From an uncultured Pseudomonadales bacterium (lineage in GTDB: Bacteria; Patescibacteriota; Microgenomatia; UBA1400; PJMF01): DNA of 63,005 nt. Below are positions 34,101 through 42,600 of this stretch, in pieces (the first letter of the stretch is position 1; every line of letters begins with the position of its first letter). The notes beneath the pieces are model-generated. The model was not told the DNA's origin and searched no databases. It saw nothing but the letters and a program-made list of their open reading frames with translations. The stretch spans positions 1 through 63,005 of the forward strand of contig CAZDWQ010000001.1 in NCBI GenBank assembly GCA_964509285.1, read 5' to 3'. Position numbers and translations under genes: made by a program.

Positions 34101-35645
34101 GCCACCTGCAAACGCAAAAGCTGTTTCGCCAGCAGCAAGTTCTGCATCAAAAAACTTCTCAATCCTTTGGATAAACGCTACTGTTAAAAATTCAAGCACT
34201 TCTTCTGGCTTCTTTTTAAATAATGCCTCAAAATCAGGTAAACGCCATTCTTGATTTGCCGGCACATAATTATTTTTAAGAGAGTCGTAAATAATTCTGA
34301 CAACTTCTTGTATGTTTTCTGAGGATTCCATTCTTGTTTCACCTCTAATTTTAAACGCCCACTGCAAAACAGCATCAAAGCTATCTATAAGAATAGTTCT
34401 CTTACTTATTAACAGCGAAAGTTCCTGAGCTCTCTGGATACTTTCAAGAGCGTCTGAATCATTTTCAAAGATTTTTCTCAAAATAACAATGTTTTCATCA
34501 GAAAATCCCTCATCCACTTTTATCTTTTTCAGCTCGCCCCTGTTAATCAGTTTTTGCTTAATACCAGCAAACAAGCTTTTACGCTCATCACTGTTTTCTT
34601 CAAGATCTTTCTTGATAGGAGCTATTGTTGCTTCAATTCTTGAGATTATGGTAATTACTCTTGGTCTATCTTTCGCCAACTCAGCTGCTTCTGTATCTAA
34701 TTGCGTTTGGTTTTGAGTGATTTTATATTCATTTTTACCGAAATAGATACTAGACAGGCCTAGTTCTCTTCTTATGCTATTAATTTGTTGAGCACTAGAT
34801 AAATTGAAAATTCTTGCCACTTCTAACTGTTCTGGATTTGGATTTGCTAACTCTCTCTTTTTAATAACAGCAGCCTCAGCCTTTCCCAGTTTTTTGTCTA
34901 AAATATCTTGAAGTTTCACAACTAATGCAGCTGATGCATCAACCATTGCAGAGCCAAATTGTTCCATAGCCATATCATAAGCAACCGGATCGTTGTCATG
35001 AGGCCTTATTAACTGAGCCCTAATTGCAAAAGACTGAGCGTGAATTGATTGAGCAAGTGTCAGAATATCTATTTTTGTTGCAGTCGTTGTTGGATCTGAT
35101 AGTAACACCCGCACCCAACTATTTGGCAAAAGCACTTCACGAGGATCTGTTATTGAAGAACCAATCTGTTTCATAACATCGTACAAAATGATCGTCTTGT
35201 TATTCAAGCTTCTGATCTGATCTGCTGTTTTTGAACGCAAAGGGATTCTTAAAGCATCTAAAACCTTGTCTAAAGCAGACAGTTCTTCTTTTTCTTCTTT
35301 CCGTTTCTTTTGTTCTTCTTTATTTTGAAGTTCTTTTAACAAAATATCTGCTTGTTCTATAACACCTTTTTCAGCCTTCATAGCTGCCAATATTCCAATG
35401 CGTCCAGATTTCTTTAATTCTGCAGCATCACCAATAGCAAGCTGTAAATGTATTTCTAATAACTCAATTGGGCTTCTTTTAAAATCATGCGGATCAGGAA
35501 AAGTTGGGTCAACTTTTTTAAAATCGTAATCTGGAACAGTAAGTTTTTCTTTCAGAGCGTCAAAAACAGCGACTAAATCTGCAATGAGGTTTAGCGGTTG
35601 TTCTGGTTGTGGTTCTTGCTCTGCAGCTGTTGCTCTAGTTGTCAT
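31128..35645 (-). CDS. 1505-aa orphan protein, predicted cytoplasmic, largely helical with coiled-coil stretches
   Basis: Uninterrupted ORF with no signal peptide or TM and no motif I recognise. TGgTAGAAT promoter-like box at about 35672-35680. Confidence 0.6.
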   Translation of the reverse strand: MTTRATAAEQEPQPEQPLNLIADLVAVFDALKEKLTVPDYDFKKVDPTFPDPHDFKRSPIELLEIHLQLAIGDAAELKKSGRIGILAAMKAEKGVIEQADILLKELQNKEEQKKRKEEKEELSALDKVLDALRIPLRSKTADQIRSLNNKTIILYDVMKQIGSSITDPREVLLPNSWVRVLLSDPTTTATKIDILTLAQSIHAQSFAIRAQLIRPHDNDPVAYDMAMEQFGSAMVDASAALVVKLQDILDKKLGKAEAAVIKKRELANPNPEQLEVARIFNLSSAQQINSIRRELGLSSIYFGKNEYKITQNQTQLDTEAAELAKDRPRVITIISRIEATIAPIKKDLEENSDERKSLFAGIKQKLINRGELKKIKVDEGFSDENIVILRKIFENDSDALESIQRAQELSLLISKRTILIDSFDAVLQWAFKIRGETRMESSENIQEVVRIIYDSLKNNYVPANQEWRLPDFEALFKKKPEEVLEFLTVAFIQRIEKFFDAELAAGETAFAFAGGSLDIWSSDKMFNVPKDGAHELGSFQFFIESFPWERLLSSENATPENIVEFRKYVIDLWKYRILAIQNSLNAASGVEKLWRGNEHGSYKDDIFKHIASKGSGGGNQGWDQGPYCHINHRGKADNGAKDGEFLFAETFGREEKSWQTPQYETFFIYQIEQFFNDFNYNSVERHRKLKEALSADGFIHKKLVQMIKDRCGNTPQGKAEAERILRRDNGLINLAKMKAVWTIVHSLKLHEFDEGAIHVKLSRFMVKTYYRKVFATAVSGVRWRPNMAAQVEKAFMPMETFTRLSIYLTDVDGNDIFNKVNLNFATRDAIYGRWLLDLKLKSIDAFTAIFAEEDYDSSKSKDKKKVGLIQRRDALQQELAQYHLTPNKIVDLQRETADLMIKVVKLKNYQTVNEKLTPFGKQERRKDLDRLKDLQNILLKYERFTELQRLTALIKSSLDSLPSGYSQDARNDVVMRTAADYAVNNRYMVVKIKPEHTCLKVDSERLPIAIPIQRIRRNGKGRLVATQIPIQDIRNCQLSMSNDFVDWTSFPKNNNQNFVGYAGEAKRWYEMAELNDEKAIFASIHSKDVQDKAIAIPPTFSQEIFDGRSWLIKRAINLLNIKKGFAPDEDIENEKPKGGILSIVQDFFRRQKKEENPDTAENTAQLGSILDKHLRQLIEVATIPEYELVSESDESKKEANPAGLGFPDVVQYAAKYLIGKSPDVLILLEMFREKSKNIEATIKLYSKTTDAESVKSFGDAIKTPVPDYLRRAIDQQLQGDAEILRVGELYNSGASSVEFKKVKKLISAIEEQIDKLGGQIEDENDPQARRGIEAKIKELEEQIEKQKESQVYANYERDVRFAKTKKKRAENEIIVGLFWAAVDAYLDQYAFDIDLSDQMPLETNYGRREMLMNKLDTISGAKPMNFVDRQIFVHYVDAMIKYFGSEKFAVGNERPTNLCSSADVFDMMKRKGIIGSTQQILVDLHYFEGSGYKELVKKSSDTKKS

Positions 35646-35727
35646 AAAACATACCCTAAGTAACTGTCTTATATTCTACCATTTCGCAAAGAAAAAAAAC
35701 ACCAGCTTTATAAGTTAAAAGATCTGG

Positions 35728-37197
35728 CTAGGAAGCTGACGTTGTATCAGCTGTACTAGTAGTATCGGCGGTATCTGTTTGTGAAGGTTGATCCGCAGAA
35801 GCAGGTGCTTCTGACCCGCTAGTCGGCCCACCAATTGGCTCAGTTGCTGAACCAGTTTCAGTTTTTGTTGCAGTAGCTTCGCTACTAGATTCACTCATAC
35901 GCCAAAACTCTCTCAACTTTGCTCCTTCATCCATGAATTGTTCTTTCAAAAACTTAATAGATTCATCCTCCATAACTACATCGTCTTCTCCAAATAGCGC
36001 TGAAGCAAACTCTTTGCTAAAAACTTTCCAATTATCAGCAACATTAACGCTGTCAGATTTAAGTGCTTTATTATTAAAGCCCATCAATAAATCGAAAATC
36101 GTTGCAACATCTGTAGTTTCATTTACATGTCTGAGTTGTCTCTGAATATCAACATCTGATGCCCATGTAGTTGGTGAAAGTTTTGGTGCACACTTATATA
36201 GTGCTTTACCAACCAAACGATAATCTTCAAATTTATTTTTAAAAAGATAATGCGGAACTTCTCCATTTTCATTTGTAGCAGCACCAAACTCATATCCAGA
36301 ACTAGAACGTCCAGTTGGATTTAAAATGAAGGATAAAAATGCTCCAAGATCACCTTTTTTTGCATCAAAAAAAGTTTTTAACGTTACACCTGCTACCATG
36401 CCTGCAATACCGAGTGTTTTCCAGACCACCTTTGCATCTAAAATTAATTTCCTTTTTGCAGGATCACTTTCACCTTTCTCAGCATCATCAAGCTCCTCAG
36501 CAACAGCATCAACTTCTCCAGAGGCAGCTTTTTTCTTTTCTGCAGCTTCAAATGAGTCGACTTCAGGATCAGATTGAGCTGTCTGATTTTTTAAATCAGC
36601 TAAAATCATTTCAGCTAGCTTGGCTTGAACAACTGGGTCTTCAGATCTCATAGCTGCTAACTGTGACGCTACATGCTGTAACTGACTTTCAGTATTTTCT
36701 TCAGCATCAGCAAGCTCAACGCTCCCATTTAAAAGTCCCTCTGGCAAACCGTTGAGTAAATTATCAATCTTTACTTGAAGCAAATCTCTTTTTAATTGTA
36801 GAAGTTCTGGGTATGTATTAGAGTCACCTTGATCAGAAAATCGAGTACTCAATAAGTCATTTACTATTTTAAGTACTTCAGAAACTCTATCGATATCGGT
36901 ATCTTGAATTTGTTCGCGGGACTGAAGTTTTGGCTTCAGCTCTGCAACTAACGCTGTTCCAACCGGTAGTACTTCTGAAGAGCGTGCTTGAACATCATCA
37001 TAACTCTTATAAGTTGTTGCTTCAGCTGATTGAGGATTTGCTTCCGCCCCGGCACCTACAACTTCTCCCCCTGAACCAGCCGCATCGTCCTCATTTATCA
37101 CCACGGCATCACCTGTTTCTTGTGCTTTTGCTGCTGCTGCTTCTGCAGCAGCCTCCCTCACAGCTCTCTCTGATTCTCCAAAACCATCGTTCATCAT
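35728..37197 (-). CDS. 489-aa acidic, low-complexity protein with one central hydrophobic helix; unknown function
   Basis: Ala/Glu/Asp-rich N-terminal half, WKTLGIAGMVAGVTLKTFF, and a Thr/Ser/Ala-rich C-terminus. Confidence 0.5.
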   Translation of the reverse strand: MMNDGFGESERAVREAAAEAAAAKAQETGDAVVINEDDAAGSGGEVVGAGAEANPQSAEATTYKSYDDVQARSSEVLPVGTALVAELKPKLQSREQIQDTDIDRVSEVLKIVNDLLSTRFSDQGDSNTYPELLQLKRDLLQVKIDNLLNGLPEGLLNGSVELADAEENTESQLQHVASQLAAMRSEDPVVQAKLAEMILADLKNQTAQSDPEVDSFEAAEKKKAASGEVDAVAEELDDAEKGESDPAKRKLILDAKVVWKTLGIAGMVAGVTLKTFFDAKKGDLGAFLSFILNPTGRSSSGYEFGAATNENGEVPHYLFKNKFEDYRLVGKALYKCAPKLSPTTWASDVDIQRQLRHVNETTDVATIFDLLMGFNNKALKSDSVNVADNWKVFSKEFASALFGEDDVVMEDESIKFLKEQFMDEGAKLREFWRMSESSSEATATKTETGSATEPIGGPTSGSEAPASADQPSQTDTADTTSTADTTSAS

Positions 37198-37372
37198 ATA
37201 CTCTAGTTATACAAAACTATCTCAAATTTTTCCATTGCACTTTTTTGATAAATTCTGATATAACTACTTCACCAAAATAATTGTGGAATCTAGTGTGATT
37301 CTAGAACTGTGCCGCAACGGTAAATTTGAACTGATAATTCAACATAAGTCCGATCTTCAATTACTTTGAGTA

Positions 37373-38365
37373 TTGAATAAAAAAACTTCAATACTAGTAC
37401 TAACTCAACGAGCATTGGATTTTATGTTCTACCAAACAACGCCAGACAGCCTTGTAAACACATCATCACGTACTTCAGAATACTCTGGATATTTTCCTGT
37501 AACAAAAAAATTTGATCAAACTCATAGAAAATTACTTGAACAAAAAATTCTCTGGCAACAATTATTGAGAAGACAAGCTGAGTTAAAGCCAAAAAAAGCC
37601 AAACTAGAATCAAGAAACTCTATTTGGGATACCGTCAAACTTTCGGAACGATTTAAAAAAGAAGAATATCAATCACAACAAACAAGAATTGGGTTACTGA
37701 GAGCTGATGCAATTCATCATGCAAAAGAAATGGCTCTAGTCGAACCAGTTACTCGATTTAGTTATTCACACACTGTTACTAACAACGAAACAATAGCGGG
37801 CGGTTATTCTGAAGATTTGGGTTTTATGATGAGTACCTTTGCTCAGGATTTAGCTGAAAAAGGTTTGAGTGCATCAAGAGCAAGTGTTGAGTCAGTGAGT
37901 TTTGAAAGAGCCAAACAAATGTTGACTCAAATAGCAATCCAAATTGCCAATAACAAGTCAGGCGAAACTCTTTCAAAACAAGGTGTTTTGATCACTAGTT
38001 TTCCAGACGATACAGAATCTGGGTATCACGGAGTTGACTCAAAACACAGCTGGGATAAAACAGAGACTCATCACTCTTTTTTCTATTTACTTCGTGTTGG
38101 AAAAATTGAAACTGATCAAACTGGCAACGTTATTTCATTTGAGATCAACACTACACAGTATCGCGCCTGGCCGAACATTCGCCAGGCGCTCAGAATCCAT
38201 GAACAGTTGGGTTCTCCTATTACAGAAATTGACGCACCAGTACCCAACTTACTTTTTGCAAATTTGATTCACTTAGATGCAAAAGAGTTAGAAAAAATCG
38301 CGCTCGAGCTTGGCATTACTACACACTTGGAACAAGAAAAAAAACCGCTCCTAATGACAGCGTAG
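37373..38365 (+). CDS. Hypothetical protein (330 aa), possibly the 5' part of a frameshifted longer gene
   Basis: TTG start. The ORF ends 21 nt after an A8 run at 38337-38344. See findings. Confidence 0.45.
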   Translation: MNKKTSILVLTQRALDFMFYQTTPDSLVNTSSRTSEYSGYFPVTKKFDQTHRKLLEQKILWQQLLRRQAELKPKKAKLESRNSIWDTVKLSERFKKEEYQSQQTRIGLLRADAIHHAKEMALVEPVTRFSYSHTVTNNETIAGGYSEDLGFMMSTFAQDLAEKGLSASRASVESVSFERAKQMLTQIAIQIANNKSGETLSKQGVLITSFPDDTESGYHGVDSKHSWDKTETHHSFFYLLRVGKIETDQTGNVISFEINTTQYRAWPNIRQALRIHEQLGSPITEIDAPVPNLLFANLIHLDAKELEKIALELGITTHLEQEKKPLLMTA

Positions 38366-38472
38366 AAGACGAGTTTGAACAATTATTTAAACTAGTTTTA
38401 TACCAAAACTCAGAACAACACGCCATTAACCATACCCATGTTCCAGAAGTCGATCTACAAGCATTTTGGCAA

Positions 38473-39624
38473 ATGCAGGAAGAATACTTTAATAACTTTT
38501 ATCTCACTGTCGCGCTCCCCGTTTTTGAAGAAATTTCTGAGTTACAAACATCATCTCAAGAGTTAGATCTAAAAACTCAAAGACTTATTCAGACAAAAAT
38601 TGATTATCTCGATAAGGCTTTTTTCTACTACTCAAAAATTCTATTGGGTTGGATAAAAATTCATAACACAAATCCAAACTATACCGAAGGATTCAGAGAA
38701 AGAAGTCAAACAAAAAATCTCATGGCTCTGCAACAAAAATTACTATTGAGGATTTTAGGTCAAAAACAAACTCAAATAATGCCATCTGTCTCAGAACTAA
38801 GAACTGTACTAGATATTGATCACAGATTAGCTACCAACCAAGCAGTTTCAAATGATGAGAAAAAAAGATTACTTACTGCATGGGGGTTTTTCTCTTTCGT
38901 TGGTAACTTTGGTAGTTTGTTGCAGTGTGGCACAATCGCACCATTCACTCTACCAATTTCAGTAATGAATAGATCATTTAGCGCAGGATCTTCTCTTTCT
39001 GAATTCTCAAGTTCTATTGCGGGCATCTCCATCCCGGAAAAACAACTTTTATTACAGACTCTGCAAAAGGAAGAATACGTTGAACTTAACCTCACAAAAC
39101 AAAATCCACCAGCGAAAAGAATTTACACTGTTCCAAAAAGCTACCTTGCGGGTGAAGGTTGTATTGTTGGTGAAGATGGAGCTGTCCTTGGGCCATGTAT
39201 AGATCCTGCAACAAAAGAAAGAATTCCTCTTGATGACCCTCGAGACACATTGGCTTTCCCGATGACGTTGATTGAGTTCAATCAATACATGAAGACATTG
39301 CAAAAAAACATAGAACAAACCACCCTTTCAGAAATTGATACTTTATTTCAATCTGAAGACTTTTCCTCAGAAGATAAAAGAAAAGCTCAGGTCGTAATTA
39401 AAAAACTACGGCAAAGACTACTCAAGAAATCACTCGGTTTGCAAGAATTTATTACCGGAGATCTCACAAATAACCAATTCCAATCAGATAATGAGTGGCT
39501 CAAAACACTTGTTGTTAAGCTCTCTTTTTCTCTAAATCCTGTACAAACGTTAATGCAAGAAGTTGAAAAAAAATTACAAGAAAAAGACCCTATTTTAAAT
39601 AAAGCTGTCGAACAGATAGAGTAG
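38473..39624 (+). CDS. Hypothetical protein (383 aa), possibly the 3' part of the same gene
   Basis: Its frame is open from 38233 and reads protein-like sequence (VEDEFEQLFKLVLYQNSEQH...) through the apparent spacer. Confidence 0.45.
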   Translation: MQEEYFNNFYLTVALPVFEEISELQTSSQELDLKTQRLIQTKIDYLDKAFFYYSKILLGWIKIHNTNPNYTEGFRERSQTKNLMALQQKLLLRILGQKQTQIMPSVSELRTVLDIDHRLATNQAVSNDEKKRLLTAWGFFSFVGNFGSLLQCGTIAPFTLPISVMNRSFSAGSSLSEFSSSIAGISIPEKQLLLQTLQKEEYVELNLTKQNPPAKRIYTVPKSYLAGEGCIVGEDGAVLGPCIDPATKERIPLDDPRDTLAFPMTLIEFNQYMKTLQKNIEQTTLSEIDTLFQSEDFSSEDKRKAQVVIKKLRQRLLKKSLGLQEFITGDLTNNQFQSDNEWLKTLVVKLSFSLNPVQTLMQEVEKKLQEKDPILNKAVEQIE

Positions 39625-39661
39625 CTAGAAATTACTACCTAACTCAGGGTATAATTAACTT

Positions 39662-42600
39662 GTGGCAGAAGAAGAACAAGAAACAATAACGAAAACAACA
39701 AGTCGATTGGCGAGACACCTTGATAAAGTAAAAAAACTTCATCCAGAGGTTACTCTGCTTCCTGACTCTTATTATCGTCACATTAAATACTTTTTATTTG
39801 GAACAAATGACTCTTCAAAACCGTTAGATTTAAAAAGTCCACCTCCGGGCGGAGTTAATGCCATCATTTCTGATGGGAAACTGTCTCCTGGAAAAAAAGT
39901 AATTATTAAGGTTGTATCACCCTCAAACGAAGATTTTACTGTTGCAGATATTACAAAAGGCACAGAAAAAGATGGTGATGTCTTCTTTTTTCCAAGTGAT
40001 TTGGTCAGTATTTTGACCTCACTCGCTGAACTATTTTATAAAGGAGATGGCAAACACGTTTTTAACCAAACAGGTTTATCCGACTTTAAAAGCGAATCCG
40101 ACAACTTAAAATTTGTTAGACTTTGGGGACAAGTTGAGTTAGCAGAAGAATACAAACAAAGAGGCTTCATAGTTGAAGAACGTTTTCTAAGATTTGGTTC
40201 TACAAAGGTAAAGCAACTATTTGAAGAAGTCAAAAAGGCTGCTGAAGAATACGAAAAAACATTTAAAAAACTCGACACTACTGACTTTGAGCCTAAATCA
40301 GAAGTCGAAAAACAGTTAATTGCAGATCTCATTCCAAAGATCCTTGAAAAGTATGAAAAATACGACGAAAAAATAAAACCAAACCTCGACTCTGATCAAA
40401 AATTTAAAGACGCGGATGAAAAAATACAGGAAGAAATTGAAAAAATAATTAAAAATGATCAAATTATTTTTTTTCTTCCACTCTATTCAGGAGACAATCT
40501 CAAACAATTTGGAGAACTCGGTTTATTCGACTCAAGCACTAACTCATTCCTCATAAACAAAAGATCTTCGGATTCTCAAATTGGACTACTAGACCTCACC
40601 ACAGATGAACATGATCAATACAAAAAGTTTGCTAAAGATTCAGTTAAAAAGTTTCTTGATCGTTACTCTGAAGAACTAACAAAACAATTTATAGATCCCC
40701 TTTTTGTAGAAGCAAAAGAAGAAGAAAAAAAGGAAGAAGAAAAACCAACTGAAGCACCAGCAGACTCAGGCGATGCTGAAACAATTGAAGAAGTAAAATT
40801 TGATAGTCCAGTAGATCAAGAAACCTTCCGTAAAAAAATATTTGAAGATATTGCAAAACAACTTGTTGCTAATTTTACCGACCAATTTATCCCTCAATAT
40901 TTTACAAGTTTCCCTGATTTCAAAGATAAACTTCCAACCAGCTACTTAAATAGTGTAGTAAAAGAAATCAAACAACAGGTTGAAAAAAATGTTACTGCGA
41001 TTCTAGAAATAGAGTTCGCAGAACTCGAAGAACTGAAGGCAAAAAATTTATATTCTGATGAAAAATTTAATCCAGAGGTTCTCGAGTCTGACTGGTACAA
41101 AGAACTTATCCAACAAGGCGTCCAATACATAACCAACTCGCCTTCACCAGAGAGTCAATATTCCTCATTCTTCATTTATCTCTTTGAAAAATTCGTTGTT
41201 CCACAAATTGATGCCTTAAGACCACCAGAAGAACCAGGCCAAACTCCTGAACCAAGTGGCGCCGTCGTTCCTCCGGCTATACCAGTACCACCCATCACTC
41301 CAGAAATTACTGTTCAAACAGGTGATATCACTCGCCTTTCACAAGAAGAAGCTCGACAACTTCAGTATGAGGCTGCTTGGCTTTACAACAGAGCCGTATA
41401 CGAATTATCAACCAGCAACGGCCGTGAACTTACTGCCGATGAGTTAAGAGCATTGCAAGCAAGCATCTACGAGTTCACTGCACAGATGCAACTTGAAAAA
41501 TCAGGCGATTTTTCAAAACTTTTTGGAAGTGCAACCTCTCGTCAGAGAGCTCTCATAGAGTTCTATACAAAAAACGGCTACATAGAAACAATACAGAACT
41601 TATATTCTGGGCTTTCAAGAGGAAAAACCGGCAAAGACCAAATTGACACACTACTACAAAAATCGCTTAAAGAGTCACTCAATATTGATAGTCCAGTTTT
41701 CACCGAGAACGTCAAAAACACTATTGATACACTTATTATCCAGTATGGTTTAAACCAAGATTTTTACGCATTTGATCCAGTCACGAAAACTGTTACTCAA
41801 TATTCTGGCAATAACCAGCACGATATTCTTTGGTTTATCGACAATGTACCGATTGAGAGACTCGCGATAATCCTCAATATTCCTGCAAGCGCACTTAAAA
41901 ATGATCCAACAATCATCGCAGCACTCAAAGAAACTCTAAAAAAGTATGCTCGATATAGAGCTAGCGAACTTTCTTTACACATACAAAATACTTCACTCCA
42001 GAATGGACTTGTTAAAATCAGTGCAGAAGACGCAGAAAAAATCAAAAATGGTGATGAACAAACCATTGCGAAACACCTCAGTTTTACCGGAGATCTCAGA
42101 AACTTATCGCAAAAACACGGAAGTGACACTGTTGCTGCCGCACTCGATGAAAAACCTGACAAAAACAAAGAAAAAATCCTCAAACAATACAAAACGTTTA
42201 TTCCTCTTTGGAATCAACTAACTGGATCAGAACAAAAACTCATTTACGAGAGATATGGCATACCAGTTCCAAGAGATTTTGATCCAGAGATTAAAAAATT
42301 AGACTTTATCCCAGAATTTATTCTCTTTGATCCATCACAACTAAAAACCGTCAAAGAAATTGCAGAGAGCTCGAAATTAAATGAACAGGAAAAATTAGAA
42401 TTACTTGCGATACTTGAAGAAAAGAAACAACTTGAACAAGACTTAGAAATTGCTGAAATAATTGCACAATATCGCAGAGAACAAGAGCTTGCATATGTTT
42501 TAAATAATGAGTTTACGAATAACTCCGACCTAAGCGAGCTCCAAGAAATTAGCAACCATACTGGTGAAAACTACGATGATCTTTCTTACTTTGAAAAGTT

